DNA of 49,337 nucleotides from an uncultured Methylomarinum sp. (GCA_964654345.1 CAZZIX010000001.1:1-49337), one strand, 5' to 3'. Counted from the stretch's first letter, positions 10,152-19,992 are shown. Made by a program: numbers and translations. The notes: generated from the letters alone by a model not told the origin.

Positions 10152-10188
10152 GTGTAGCCTGTGCTGCACGTTTGTTTTATCCTTTTTT
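10152..10188 (+). terminator. Orphan rho-independent-terminator-like hairpin in the hemA/TPR divergent intergenic region
   Basis: gtgtagc-ctgt-gctgcac (7 bp stem including one G-U pair) followed by gtttgttttatcctttttt. No plus-strand gene lies upstream. Confidence 0.3.
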
Positions 10189-10319
10189 AAAAGGCTAAAG
10201 AAATGATTATAAATTCCGCAATAGTGACCTGATAGACATAAGGATTAAAAATTCTGGTCTAAATTATGCTGGATTTCTGATATTCTATAGGCATGTTTAA
10301 TCATATTTAAATAGAGAAT

Positions 10320-12065
10320 TTGTTGATGTTAATGATGAAGTTATTAGCTGTGCTGATCACTGTATTTCTAGCTGGGTGTGCAAGTGTTCAAGAAAAAGAA
10401 CCTGATCATTCAGTAAAAGAACAAAAAAAAGAAAGTGTTAAAAAGGAAAAAGAAGTCGTTCCTGAGAAGATAACGGCAATTACGCCAGAGGTGCTTTATC
10501 TTTTGATGACGGCAGAAATTGCTGGGCAAAGAAAACAATACGGTGTTGCCTTAGAAGGTTATTTGCAAGCAGCAAAGCATGTGGATGATCCAAAAATTGC
10601 TGAAAGGGCTGCAAAAATAGGGCTTTTTTTGAAGGATACAAAAAAAACTGATGAGGCGGTTTCTTTATGGTTAAAGCGAGATGAAAAAAATCTTTCCGCT
10701 AGAAAAATAGCTATTTTATCGGCTTTAAGAGGATCTGACAAAGACAACGCGATTAAACATTTGGGTAGAGTTTTAGAAGATGATCCGGCGGGTTTTGAAT
10801 CAACAATAATGGAAGTGTTACAAATTCTGGAAAAGGAAGGGAATACAGAGTTCGTCTCTGATGTGATGGAGGAGGTTTCTGTTCAGCACCCTAATCAGTC
10901 GGGAGTTCTTTATGTTCAAGCACTTTTAGCTGGACAGTTAAAGAGGCAAGATGTTGCAATAACAAAAGTTAATGCAGCATTGGTTGTACAGCCTGGCTGG
11001 GAAAAAGCTCTAATTCTACGTGCACAGTTAGCAGCGCAGAAAGGAGATTTAGGTCTGGCAAAAAAAGATTTAGAAAGCATTTTGGAAAAAAACCCTGACA
11101 ATGTGCGGGTACAAAAGATGTTAGCTCAGATTTTGGTGAAAGAAGAAAATTTTGATGGGGCATTGGAGGTTTATCGAAAAATTTCAGATGCTAACCCAGG
11201 GGATGGAGATGCTCAATTTTCTATGGCTTTGGTCTATCTTCAACAGGAAAAAGACGAAGAGGCAATAGATGTTTTAGAAAGTCTGGTTAATAAGCCTGGC
11301 TGGGATGCGCCTGCAAGTTTTTATTTAGGTAGAATTGAATACAAGAAAGAAAATTATAATAAGGCCTTGGTCTGGTTTGATAAGGTAACCCAAGGGCCTT
11401 TTGAATATGAAGCTTCAATGATTGCAATATCAATGCTGTTAAAGCAGAAGGAGTATGCTGAAGCTGAAAACCGAATCGAAAAAATATCTAAAAAATTTCC
11501 TAAGCAGAAGTCAAATACCCAGCTCTTGAAGGCAGAACTTTATAGTTCACAAAAAGAATTTCAAAAAGCCTATGATGTTTTATCAAAGGGGCTGAAAGAG
11601 TTTCCAGGACAAAGGGATTTGTTGTACACACGAGCTTTAATAGCAGAAAAACTGGATAAACTGGAAGTTGTAGAGAAAGACTTATTGCAGGTTTTACAGC
11701 AAGACCCAAACGATGCAAATGCTTTGAATGCTCTTGGTTACACGTTAGCAGATAGAACAGATCGATACGAAGATGCTGAAAAATATTTGCTTCGGGCTTT
11801 AAAACTAAAGCCAGATGAAGCGGTGATTATTGATAGTCTAGGGTGGTTGCGATTTAAGCAAGAAAAGTTTAAAGAAGCGCTAGATTATTTAGAAAGTGCT
11901 TATGAAAAACAAGCAGAAAATGAAATAGCTGCTCATATCGTTGAGGTGTTATGGGCAATGGGTAAAAAGGATGAGGCAAAAAATCTTTTCGATAAAGTCT
12001 ATGAAAAAGCTCCAGATGATGAATATTTATTAAAAACCCAGCGCTTGTTTAATAATGTGAAGTGA
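10320..12065 (+). CDS. TPR-repeat lipoprotein (conserved neighbour of lolB-ispE)
   Basis: Lipobox LAGC and multiple TPR-like A..Y/L..A repeats over about 580 aa. A gene of the same kind sits between hemA and lolB in Pseudomonas-type gene order. The start is ambiguous among TTG 10320 and the ATGs just downstream. Confidence 0.7.
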   Translation: MLMLMMKLLAVLITVFLAGCASVQEKEPDHSVKEQKKESVKKEKEVVPEKITAITPEVLYLLMTAEIAGQRKQYGVALEGYLQAAKHVDDPKIAERAAKIGLFLKDTKKTDEAVSLWLKRDEKNLSARKIAILSALRGSDKDNAIKHLGRVLEDDPAGFESTIMEVLQILEKEGNTEFVSDVMEEVSVQHPNQSGVLYVQALLAGQLKRQDVAITKVNAALVVQPGWEKALILRAQLAAQKGDLGLAKKDLESILEKNPDNVRVQKMLAQILVKEENFDGALEVYRKISDANPGDGDAQFSMALVYLQQEKDEEAIDVLESLVNKPGWDAPASFYLGRIEYKKENYNKALVWFDKVTQGPFEYEASMIAISMLLKQKEYAEAENRIEKISKKFPKQKSNTQLLKAELYSSQKEFQKAYDVLSKGLKEFPGQRDLLYTRALIAEKLDKLEVVEKDLLQVLQQDPNDANALNALGYTLADRTDRYEDAEKYLLRALKLKPDEAVIIDSLGWLRFKQEKFKEALDYLESAYEKQAENEIAAHIVEVLWAMGKKDEAKNLFDKVYEKAPDDEYLLKTQRLFNNVK

Positions 12066-12068
12066 TAA

Positions 12069-12635
12069 GTGAAAATTAGGTTTTTTATCATACTACTTTT
12101 AATGGGTGTTCTGACATCATGTAGTAACAAACAAGTTAAACCAACAACCTTATTTCAGTTGGAAGAAAGAAATTATTTATATGCCAAAGATGAATGGGCG
12201 TTTTCAGGGCGGCTTGCTGTTTCCGACCAAAATAATGCTATATCTGCATCAATTAATTGGAAGCATCTGAAAAATAAAGATGTCATTGAATTATTTGGTC
12301 CACTTGGAATGGGGCGTGTAATTGTCAATATTAACGGTACGCGCGTGCTGGTGAATTATGATGGCAAGCAGGTTCAGCATTATGGGTCAGCTGATGATGT
12401 GATTAAAAAATATACTGGAGTTTTAGTGCCTGTTTCGGCATTGAAATATTGGGTTCTCGGTTTAGTTGATCCAGAAAACACATATGTGCGAGAAAAAGAA
12501 GGTTTTGTTCAATTGGGTTGGCGAATTAACTATCAAAAAATGCAATTAGTCAAACAAGATAAGTTGCCAAAGAAAATTAAAGTTAATCGAAAAAAATCAA
12601 CGATGAAGTTGATCATTGATCAGTGGGAAGAGTAA
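12069..12635 (+). CDS. lolB: Outer-membrane lipoprotein LolB
   Basis: GTG start, lipobox LTSC, about 188 aa, located immediately upstream of ispE. Confidence 0.75.
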   Translation: MKIRFFIILLLMGVLTSCSNKQVKPTTLFQLEERNYLYAKDEWAFSGRLAVSDQNNAISASINWKHLKNKDVIELFGPLGMGRVIVNINGTRVLVNYDGKQVQHYGSADDVIKKYTGVLVPVSALKYWVLGLVDPENTYVREKEGFVQLGWRINYQKMQLVKQDKLPKKIKVNRKKSTMKLIIDQWEE

Positions 12636-12668
12636 CTTTTTAATTGCAAGGACAATTGAGATAAGAAA

Positions 12669-13514
12669 ATGATGGAATGGGGTAAAAAATGGCCTGCGCC
12701 AGCTAAATTGAATTTAATGTTAAGGATAACAGGGCAAAGAGATGATGGGTATCATTTCCTCCAAACAGTTTTTCAGTTTATTGAACTGTGTGACTGGATT
12801 ACATACCGCCCAGTTAAAGATGGGAAAATAACTTTATTATCACCTATTTCTGGGGTATCAGAAGAAGATGATTTGACTATTCGTGCTGCTAATATATTAA
12901 GGCGCGAGACGGGATGTCAGGAGGGGGTTTCTATTGAAGTAGAAAAAAACTTGCCTATGGGAGGAGGATTAGGCGGTGGAAGTTCTGATGCCGCAACAAC
13001 GCTAGTTGTGTTAAATAAGTTATGGAAATTAAATATTTCTAAAAAAAGACTAATGCAGCTAGGGTTGGAGCTGGGAGCTGATGTCCCAATTTTTGTGTAT
13101 GGTAAAGCCTCTTGGGCAGAAGGTGTAGGAGAAAAAATTGAGGAGATAGATCTTCCGGAAAAATGGATTGTAGTTATAAAACCGGAGTGTCATGTAGATA
13201 CAAAAGAAATTTTTTCAACAAGGGATTTGACAAGGAACAGTAAATCAATCAGAATGGCTGATTTTCTTGCAGGGCAACATCAAAATGATTGTTTAGATGT
13301 TGTTAGCAAGTTATATCAGCCAGTAGAAAATGCTTTAGAAGACTTGGCTAGGTTTTCTAACGCTAGATTAACGGGTACAGGTGCTTGCGTATTTGCGGAG
13401 TTTGATTCGGAAGAATTAGCGCGAGAGGCTTGGAGTGTTCTGAATACTAAATGGCAGATTTATTTAACCAGAGGCTTAAATAAATCACCATTGTTTGATG
13501 TTTTATTGGACTGA
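12669..13514 (+). CDS. ispE: 4-diphosphocytidyl-2-C-methyl-D-erythritol kinase
   Basis: PAPAKLNLML start and GHMP kinase motif PMGGGLGGGSSDAA. Confidence 0.92.
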   Translation: MMEWGKKWPAPAKLNLMLRITGQRDDGYHFLQTVFQFIELCDWITYRPVKDGKITLLSPISGVSEEDDLTIRAANILRRETGCQEGVSIEVEKNLPMGGGLGGGSSDAATTLVVLNKLWKLNISKKRLMQLGLELGADVPIFVYGKASWAEGVGEKIEEIDLPEKWIVVIKPECHVDTKEIFSTRDLTRNSKSIRMADFLAGQHQNDCLDVVSKLYQPVENALEDLARFSNARLTGTGACVFAEFDSEELAREAWSVLNTKWQIYLTRGLNKSPLFDVLLD

Positions 13515-13522
13515 AAATTTAT

Positions 13523-13597
13523 TGGGCTATCGCCAAGCGGTAAGGCACGGGGTTTTGATCTCCGCATACCCAGGTTCGAATCCTGGTAGCCCAGCCA
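13523..13597 (+). tRNA. tRNA-Gln (anticodon UUG)
   Basis: Acceptor tgggcta/tagccca, anticodon loop uuuugau, T-loop ggttcgaatcc, encoded CCA. The ispE-tRNA-Gln-prs position is conserved. Confidence 0.9.
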
Positions 13598-13637
13598 TTT
13601 TTATCTTCATCTTAATTATTTTTAGCGAGGTGCTTAA

Positions 13638-14591
13638 ATGCAAGATTCCTCAATGATGGTATTTTCTGGAAATGCAAACAAAGTATTATCCGAAGGAATA
13701 GTGAGGAAGCTAAATATGCGTCTGGGGATGGCAACAGTCGGGCGTTTTAGTGATGGAGAAATAGTTGTAGAGATTGAGGAGAATGTACGAGGCAAAGACA
13801 TATTTGTTATTCAGCCTACGTGTTCACCTGCTGATCAGCACCTAATGGAGATGCTGGTAATGATTGATGCGTTAAAAAGAGCCTCTGCGTCAAGAATAAC
13901 AGCGGTTATGCCATATTATGGATATGCACGACAAGATCGTCGCTCAAGGTCAGCAAGAGTACCAATTACCGCTAAATTAGTCGCCAATATGATTGATATA
14001 GCTGGAGCAGATAGGGTTTTGACGGTTGATTTGCACGCAGAGCAGGTTCAAGGTTTTTTTGATATACCCGTTGATAATGTCTATGCTTCGCCTTTGTTGC
14101 TTGGGGATGTTTGGCGACAAAAGTATGAAGATTTAATCGTTGTTTCACCTGATGTGGGTGGGGTTGTGAGGGCGAGGGCATTAGCAAAGCGGTTGGGTGA
14201 TGCTGATTTAGCAATAATTGATAAGAGGCGTCCAAAGGCAAATGTATCGGAAATAATGCATATTATAGGTGATGTTTCAGGTCGAACTTGTGTCATGGTT
14301 GATGATTTGGTTGATACTGCAGGTACCTTGTGTCATGCGGCGGCAGCTTTAAAGAAAAATGGAGCGACTAAAGTAGTTGCTTATTGTACTCATCCTGTGT
14401 TGTCGGGAGCGGCTGCGGATAATGTAAGAAATTCTGTTTTGGATGAATTGGTTGTTACTGATACTATTCCGTTAAATGACAAGTTGTTGTCAATTGAAAA
14501 AATTAGGCAACTAAGTGTCGCGGAAATGCTAGCTGAAACTATCAGACGAATTGCTGAAAGTGAATCGGTCAGTTCGCTTTATGTGGATTAA
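13638..14591 (+). CDS. prs: Ribose-phosphate pyrophosphokinase
   Basis: [10 protein letters not shown] and the PRPP-binding loop [12 protein letters not shown]. Confidence 0.95.
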   Translation: MQDSSMMVFSGNANKVLSEGIVRKLNMRLGMATVGRFSDGEIVVEIEENVRGKDIFVIQPTCSPADQHLMEMLVMIDALKRASASRITAVMPYYGYARQDRRSRSARVPITAKLVANMIDIAGADRVLTVDLHAEQVQGFFDIPVDNVYASPLLLGDVWRQKYEDLIVVSPDVGGVVRARALAKRLGDADLAIIDKRRPKANVSEIMHIIGDVSGRTCVMVDDLVDTAGTLCHAAAALKKNGATKVVAYCTHPVLSGAAADNVRNSVLDELVVTDTIPLNDKLLSIEKIRQLSVAEMLAETIRRIAESESVSSLYVD

Positions 14592-14640
14592 TAAATAAAA
14601 TAAGTATAGTGCTTATTAATGAGTGAGTTTGGAGAAAAAG

Positions 14641-15312
14641 ATGTCTAATATGTTTGAATTTGTAGCTAAAAATCGCGACCAATCAGGAAAAAGTTCCGCG
14701 AAAGCGGTTCGTCGTGATGGTCAGATTCCTGCAGTAGTTTATGGTGGAGAAGCGAGTCCTCAGTCAATAGTATTGATTCAGAATGAAGTAAATAATCATT
14801 TGAATCATGAGGCTGTTTATTCCCATATTTTAGACTTAAAGATAGATGGAAAGACTGAAAAGGCAATATTAAAAGATATTCAGCGTCATCCTGCAAAAAA
14901 CCAGGTGATGCATATGGATTTTATGCGTGTTAATGCAGAACAAGCTTTAAAGGTTAAAGTGCCTTTGCATTTTATGAATGAAGAAGCTTGCATTGGGTTT
15001 AAGGCTGGGGGTGTTATTACTCACGCGATGGTGGATGTTGAGGTGTCTTGTTTGCCAGTATTATTACCAGAATATATTGAAGTAGATTTAAGTGGTTTAG
15101 ATATAGGTGATTCTGTCCATTTAACTGATATTGCGTTTCCTGAAGGTGTTGAGTGTGTGATTTTGACTCAAGAGGGAGATCATGATCATACTGTTGCTCA
15201 AGTGGTCAAAACAAAAGTTGTTGAAGAAGAAGATGAGGCTGAAGAAGGCGATGAGAGCGCTGCCTCTGATGAAGATGCTTCAGGCGAAGCCGATGATGGA
15301 AAAAGTGATTAA
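14641..15312 (+). CDS. rplY: 50S ribosomal protein L25 / general stress protein Ctc (long form with acidic tail)
   Basis: The ATG at 14641 is preceded by ggag at 14631-14634, so the track start 14623 is probably too early. Contains RRDGQIPAVVYG and an Asp/Glu-rich C-terminal tail. Confidence 0.9.
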   Translation: MSNMFEFVAKNRDQSGKSSAKAVRRDGQIPAVVYGGEASPQSIVLIQNEVNNHLNHEAVYSHILDLKIDGKTEKAILKDIQRHPAKNQVMHMDFMRVNAEQALKVKVPLHFMNEEACIGFKAGGVITHAMVDVEVSCLPVLLPEYIEVDLSGLDIGDSVHLTDIAFPEGVECVILTQEGDHDHTVAQVVKTKVVEEEDEAEEGDESAASDEDASGEADDGKSD

Positions 15313-15868
15313 GCTAATAGTTGGCTTAGGAAATCCTGGGCAGAAGTACGAAAAAAACCGGCATAATGCCGGTTTTTTGTTTTTGGATAGGCTGTTAGAA
15401 ATGTGTGGTCAGTCATGGAATAATGAGCCGAAGTTTCATGGGGTTGTTGCTAATTGCGTTTATCAATCAAAAAAAGTAGCTTTGCTTAAACCTCAAACAT
15501 TTATGAATCGTAGTGGCTTGTCGGTGGCTGCGTTTTCTCGATTTTATAAGATAGATATTGAGCAAATTTTGGTTGTTCATGATGAAATAGATTTAGAAGT
15601 GGGGTCGGTAAAGCTAAAAAATGGAGGTGGTCATGCGGGGCATAATGGTCTTCGGGATATAATTGCCAATTTAGGTGGTAAGGGGTTTTACCGATTAAGG
15701 TTGGGCGTTGGTCGACCAGAGGCAGGAAGGCAGGTTGCAGATTATGTTTTGTCAAACCCTTCGGTAGTAGATCATGATGCGTTATTTTCCGTATTTAGAA
15801 ATGTTGAGTCCGAAATTGCTAATATAATTTCAGGTGATTTTTCTTTGGCTATGAATAATTTGAATTAA
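15296..15868 (+). CDS. pth: Peptidyl-tRNA hydrolase
   Basis: IKLIVGLGNPG...YEKNRHNAGF. The track ORF from 15182 is an out-of-frame read through the rplY acidic tail. The real start is ATG 15293/15296 or GTG 15305. Confidence 0.9.
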   Translation: MEKVIKLIVGLGNPGQKYEKNRHNAGFLFLDRLLEMCGQSWNNEPKFHGVVANCVYQSKKVALLKPQTFMNRSGLSVAAFSRFYKIDIEQILVVHDEIDLEVGSVKLKNGGGHAGHNGLRDIIANLGGKGFYRLRLGVGRPEAGRQVADYVLSNPSVVDHDALFSVFRNVESEIANIISGDFSLAMNNLN

Positions 15869-15926
15869 GTCTGCTAGAGGTTGGGATTAAGTTTGATAGG
15901 GATGGTAAAGGCATCTGAAATAATCA

Positions 15927-15955
15927 TTGACTAGTCTGGTTATTATTGTGATAAT
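15927..15955 (+). promoter_or_regulatory. Putative sigma70 promoter of the tRNA-Tyr/Gly/Thr cluster
   Basis: TTGACT-N17-GATAAT followed by a GC-rich discriminator (ggcggc), about 10 nt before the tRNA-Tyr 5' end. Confidence 0.45.
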
Positions 15956-15965
15956 AGGCGGCTCA

Positions 15966-16050
15966 GGAGGGGTTCCCGAGTGGCCAAAGGGATCAGACTG
16001 TAAATCTGACGGTTCTACCTTCGGAGGTTCGAATCCTCCCCCCTCCACCA
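15966..16050 (+). tRNA. tRNA-Tyr (anticodon GUA), long variable arm
   Basis: Acceptor ggagggg/cccctcc, anticodon loop cuguaaa, T-loop ggttcgaatcc, encoded CCA. Confidence 0.92.
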
Positions 16051-16072
16051 TCTTTCCATTAAAGGAAATTCT

Positions 16073-16146
16073 GCGGGTGTAGTTCAGTGGTAGAACTCCA
16101 GCCTTCCAAGCTGATTATGTGGGTTCGATTCCCATCACCCGCTCCA
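16073..16146 (+). tRNA. tRNA-Gly (anticodon UCC)
   Basis: Acceptor gcgggtg/cacccgc, anticodon loop cuuccaa, T-loop ggttcgattcc, encoded CCA. Confidence 0.92.
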
Positions 16147-16169
16147 TTCTTTTCAACAAATTACAGACC

Positions 16170-16245
<76 letters not shown>

Positions 16246-16278
16246 GTTGTTTTTGAATTGATATAGCTAAATTTTTTA

Positions 16279-16307
16279 TTGCAACATAAAAAATAACACG
16301 TTATAAT
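16279..16307 (+). promoter_or_regulatory. Putative sigma70 promoter for tRNA-Trp-secE-nusG
   Basis: TTGCAA-N17-TATAAT, about 27 nt upstream of tRNA-Trp. Confidence 0.45.
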
Positions 16308-16333
16308 TATTAGTTCTTTATGGTTTTCTGAAT

Positions 16334-16409
16334 AGGTCAGTGGCTCAATTGGTAGAGCAGCGGTCTCCAAAACCGCAGGTTGTGGGTTCGAGTCCCTCCT
16401 GGCCTGCCA
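16334..16409 (+). tRNA. tRNA-Trp (anticodon CCA)
   Basis: Acceptor aggtcag/ctggcct, anticodon loop cuccaaa, T-loop ggttcgagtcc, encoded CCA. Lies immediately upstream of secE. Confidence 0.9.
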
Positions 16410-16448
16410 TTCAGTATCTAGCTCAATAATTTAAATCAATTATCTAAA

Positions 16449-16835
16449 ATGAATGCACAGGCGGAAGATACATCAAAAATATTCGATGTTGTAAAACAAG
16501 GTTTATCTCTTGTTTTTGTAGTTGCTGGTGTGGCTGCTTTTTATTATTTCTCTGATATTCCTGGTTTCACAATGCTTTATCGAGTGTTGATGCTCGTGAC
16601 GGTTGTTTTAATTGCAATAGGAATTATGCTGACAACAGCAAGAGGGAAAGGACTTTGGGGTTTTGCTCTTGAGTCAAAGCAAGAAGTTAGAAAAGTAGTC
16701 TGGCCTACGCGAGAGGAAACAATAAGAACAACTTTACTGGTATTTGGCTTAGTGTTTATTGTTGGATTATTTCTTTGGTTTCTAGATATGTTCTTATTCT
16801 GGGCGATTAAAAGCTTAACCGGTCAAGGGGGTTAA
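16449..16835 (+). CDS. secE: Preprotein translocase subunit SecE
   Basis: 128 aa with three hydrophobic segments and the conserved core VRKVVWPTREETIRTTLLVF. Lies upstream of nusG. Confidence 0.9.
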   Translation: MNAQAEDTSKIFDVVKQGLSLVFVVAGVAAFYYFSDIPGFTMLYRVLMLVTVVLIAIGIMLTTARGKGLWGFALESKQEVRKVVWPTREETIRTTLLVFGLVFIVGLFLWFLDMFLFWAIKSLTGQGG

Positions 16836-16838
16836 GCA

Positions 16839-17372
16839 ATGGCTTTAAACTGGTATGTTGTTCATGCTTATTCAAATTATGAAAATAAAGTAAAACTTGC
16901 TTTAGAGGAAAAAATAGAACTAGAGGGAATGCAAGAGCAGTTTGGGAAGGTTTTAGTTCCAACTGAAGAAGTTGTGGAAATGAGAATGGGGCAGCAACGT
17001 AAAAGTGAAAGAAAGTTCTTTCCCGGATATGTGCTTGTTCAGATGGAGCTGAATGATGATACATGGCATCTGGTTAGAAATATCCCAAGAGTGTTAGGGT
17101 TTATTGGTGGTACAAAGGATAAGCCTGCACCCATTTCAGAAAAAGAAGCAAATGCAATACTGAATCGTGTTGAAGAAGGTGTCAATAAGCCAAGGCCTAA
17201 GATATTGTTTGAAGTAGGTGAGGTTTTGAGAGTCATAGATGGGCCATTTAATGATTTTAACGGAAATGTGGAAGAAGTAAATTACGAAAAAAGTCGGTTA
17301 AAAGTATCTGTCTTAATATTTGGGAGATCTACACCAGTTGAATTGAGTTTTGGGCAGGTAGAGAAAATCTAA
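16839..17372 (+). CDS. nusG: Transcription termination/antitermination factor NusG
   Basis: [14 protein letters not shown] (NGN domain) and the KOW motif [21 protein letters not shown]. Confidence 0.95.
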   Translation: MALNWYVVHAYSNYENKVKLALEEKIELEGMQEQFGKVLVPTEEVVEMRMGQQRKSERKFFPGYVLVQMELNDDTWHLVRNIPRVLGFIGGTKDKPAPISEKEANAILNRVEEGVNKPRPKILFEVGEVLRVIDGPFNDFNGNVEEVNYEKSRLKVSVLIFGRSTPVELSFGQVEKI

Positions 17373-17472
17373 TAAAGTTTAGTAAATAGATCTCTGTTCT
17401 TCAATATGGAATAGGGATTTTTGTATCTTGGGGAGCTGAAAATGCGTTTGCACCCAAATTAGGAGTGAAAAG

Positions 17473-17904
17473 ATGGCGAAAAAAATAACAGCTTATATCA
17501 AGTTACAGGTTAAAGCAGGTGAGGCGAATCCAAGTCCACCTGTTGGTCCTGCTCTAGGGCAGCATGGTTTAAACATTATGGAGTTCTGTAAAGCTTTTAA
17601 TGCTAAAACATCAGACATTGAAAAAGGGCTTCCTATTCCTGTTGTAATTAGCGTTTTTAATGATAAAAGTTTTACTTTTATTACTAAAACCCCGCCAGCC
17701 TCAGTTTTGTTGATGAAAGCTGTGGGTGTTAAAAAAGGGAGTGGAACACCTAATACAGCAAAGATTGGGACAGTTACCCGAGCACAGTTAGAAGAAATTG
17801 CTAATACAAAAATGGAAGATCTTAATGCGGCAGATATGGATGCCGCAGTTAAAATTATTGCTGGAAGTGCTCGTAGCATGGGTCTGGATGTGGAGGGATT
17901 ATAA
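17473..17904 (+). CDS. rplK: 50S ribosomal protein L11
   Basis: [32 protein letters not shown]. Confidence 0.97.
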   Translation: MAKKITAYIKLQVKAGEANPSPPVGPALGQHGLNIMEFCKAFNAKTSDIEKGLPIPVVISVFNDKSFTFITKTPPASVLLMKAVGVKKGSGTPNTAKIGTVTRAQLEEIANTKMEDLNAADMDAAVKIIAGSARSMGLDVEGL

Positions 17905-18599
17905 TGGCTAAGTTAACTAAAAAAGCAAAATTAATTGACGCTAAAGTTGATAAAAGCAAGCAATATTCAATTGCTGAAAGTGTTGCGTTGTTAAAAGAAT
18001 TTGCTAATACCAAGTTTGATGAGTCAGTGGATGTGAGTGTTTTATTAGGTGTTGATCCAAAGAAATCAGACCAAAATGTTCGTGGAGCATCTCTATTGCC
18101 AAATGGTACAGGTAAAACTGTCCGTGTAGCAGTTTTTACACAAGGTCCTAATGCTGATGCTGCGAAAGAAGCAGGTGCAGATGTAGTTGGAATGGATGAT
18201 CTTGCTGATCAGGTAAAGAAAGGTGAAATGGATTTTGATGTGGTTATTGCTTCACCGGATGCAATGCGCGTTGTTGGTCAGTTAGGGCAAATATTGGGGC
18301 CAAGAGGTTTAATGCCTAACCCTAAGGTTGGAACTGTCACGCCAGATGTGGCAACAGCAGTTAAAAATGCAAAGACAGGTCAAGTTAGGTACCGTACTGA
18401 TAAGGGAGGTATTATACATTGTTCAATTGGAAAGGTTTCTTTTGACGAAAGTTCGCTTAAGCAAAATCTTGAGTTTTTAATAGCAGACTTGAAGAAAGCT
18501 AAGCCTTCTTCAGCAAAAGGTATTTATTTACAAAAGATTGCGATATCCTCGACAATGGGTCCAGGTTTATGTATAGATCAAAGTAGTATTGATATTTAA
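17904..18599 (+). CDS. rplA: 50S ribosomal protein L1
   Basis: TAATG overlap with rpl[10 protein letters not shown]... and [31 protein letters not shown]. Confidence 0.97.
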   Translation: MAKLTKKAKLIDAKVDKSKQYSIAESVALLKEFANTKFDESVDVSVLLGVDPKKSDQNVRGASLLPNGTGKTVRVAVFTQGPNADAAKEAGADVVGMDDLADQVKKGEMDFDVVIASPDAMRVVGQLGQILGPRGLMPNPKVGTVTPDVATAVKNAKTGQVRYRTDKGGIIHCSIGKVSFDESSLKQNLEFLIADLKKAKPSSAKGIYLQKIAISSTMGPGLCIDQSSIDI

Positions 18600-18873
18600 G
18601 AAGAATAGAAACATTTTAGCTAAGGTTAGTTTAACTAAATTATATCCCTTAAATACACTTGAAATGTTTCTAGAAAAACTTTGGGTTGCTAGGTGTCTAG
18701 CAGCCGTCAAAGACCGGTGGTACTGAAAAGTATAATTGACAGTTTAACTGTTTGCCAGCGTAGACGGAAGGCTTTGTCAAGTAATTGGTGAAGGAACCGT
18801 AAGGTGCATCTGAAATTAGATGCGTTTTGTTTAATTTAGACTTGTAGTCTAAATAAATTACCGGAGGTAATCT
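18600..18873 (+). promoter_or_regulatory. rplJ (L10) leader region with two hairpins
   Basis: A 274-nt untranslated spacer, as in gammaproteobacterial L10 leaders. One hairpin is gcatct-gaaatt-agatgc followed by gttttgttt (about 18808-18834). The second is tttagac-ttgta-gtctaaa, just before the GGAGG RBS. The L10(L12)4 binding site itself is not identified by eye. Confidence 0.4.
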
Positions 18874-19377
18874 GTGGCATTAAACCTAGATGGCAAAATG
18901 GTAGTTGTTGATGAGGTTGCTCAATATGCTGCAAAAGCATATTCAGTAGTAGCCGCCGAATATTGTGGATTAACAGTAGCGGAGTTGTCCGATCTACGAA
19001 ATACTGCAAGACAAACTGGCGTTTATTTAAGAGTAGTTAAAAACTCTTTAGCAAAGCGCGCAGTTGCAGGAACTGAATTTGAATGTATGCAGGAAGGGCT
19101 TGTTGGTCCATTGATTCTTGCGTTTTCAATGGAAGACCTAGGGTCAGCAGCACGATTAATTAATGACTTTGCAAAATCCAATGAAAAGCTAATTGCTAAG
19201 GTTATTGCTTTTGATGGAAAGATTCATGAGCTAACAGAATTGTCGCGTTTGGCAAGTTTGCCGACACGCGATCAAGGTATAAGTTTAATTATGGCGGTGA
19301 TGAAAGCACCGGTTGGAAAATTGGCTCGTATTTTAGCTGCTCTAAGAGATCAGAAGCAAGAAGCAGAAGCTGCATAA
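18874..19377 (+). CDS. rplJ: 50S ribosomal protein L10
   Basis: GTG start 6 nt after ccggagg. Sits between rplA and rplL. Confidence 0.93.
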   Translation: MALNLDGKMVVVDEVAQYAAKAYSVVAAEYCGLTVAELSDLRNTARQTGVYLRVVKNSLAKRAVAGTEFECMQEGLVGPLILAFSMEDLGSAARLINDFAKSNEKLIAKVIAFDGKIHELTELSRLASLPTRDQGISLIMAVMKAPVGKLARILAALRDQKQEAEAA

Positions 19378-19423
19378 GCTTCATAAACTAGTAAAAACTT
19401 ATTATATTAGAGGAATATCAGGA

Positions 19424-19795
19424 ATGGCAATCTCACAAGAAGATATTTTGGAAGCAGTTTCTAACATGACTGTTATGGAAATTGTTGATTTAATTTCAGC
19501 AATGGAAGAGAAATTTGGTGTGACAGCAGCAGTTGCTGCTGCAGTGCCAGGCGATGGTGGTGGTGCAGGCGATGGGGCTGAACAAACTGAATTTGATGTG
19601 ATTTTAACATCGTTTGGCGAAAATAAAGTTTCAGTAATTAAAGCAGTTCGTAGCATTACAGGTCTGGGTTTGAAAGAAGCCAAAGGTGCTGTTGAAGGCG
19701 CTCCAACACCAGTTAAAGAAGGTGTAAGTAAAGCTGAGGCTGAAGAGGCTCAAAAAACACTTGAAGAAGCTGGTGCAACATCTGAAATTAAATAA
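19424..19795 (+). CDS. rplL: 50S ribosomal protein L7/L12
   Basis: [26 protein letters not shown], an Ala/Gly hinge, and [20 protein letters not shown]. Confidence 0.97.
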   Translation: MAISQEDILEAVSNMTVMEIVDLISAMEEKFGVTAAVAAAVPGDGGGAGDGAEQTEFDVILTSFGENKVSVIKAVRSITGLGLKEAKGAVEGAPTPVKEGVSKAEAEEAQKTLEEAGATSEIK

Positions 19796-19867
19796 ATTAC
19801 TTGAAGAAAGAGCAAGAGGGCGTGTATTGAAAAAAATAAAAATTCAGGTACTCTAAGTTTCTTAAGC

Positions 19868-19901
19868 AAAGGGCTGGTGACATTATTGTCTCCGGCCTTT
19901 T
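19868..19901 (+). terminator. rplL-rpoB intergenic attenuator/terminator hairpin
   Basis: aaagggctggtgaca-ttat-tgtctccggccttt followed by t. It lies at the same location as the known partial terminator between rplL and rpoB in enterics. Confidence 0.5.
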
Positions 19902-19992
19902 ACAGTTTGTACAAAGTCCTACTTTCACCATCTCTTTGGTGTTGGTTTTGACATAATATTTAACAATCCTTGATTGAAGGAATGAAAGCAAT

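Noticed and set aside
15182-15295. An upstream extension of the pth ORF overlapping the rplY 3' end, giving a Lys/Arg-rich N-terminus (MIILLLKWSKQKLLKKKMRLKK...).
   Set aside because: It is the +1 reading of the GAA/GAT/GAG-rich acidic tail of Ctc. The conserved Pth N-terminus IKLIVGLGNPG begins only at about 15296-15305.
17493-17879. A 128-aa ORF antisense to almost the whole of rplK. Similar long antisense ORFs lie inside rpoB (20904-21326, 22308-22619), rpoC (24633-25088), rplD (33864-34268), rplL (19402-19683), rplX/rplE (38475-38825) and hemA (9464-9769).
   Set aside because: All lie wholly within highly conserved genes with unambiguous products. Their translations are low-complexity or hydrophobic with no recognisable motifs, and none has an RBS or intergenic space. 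Long stop-free antisense frames are a common artefact of strongly codon-biased genes.
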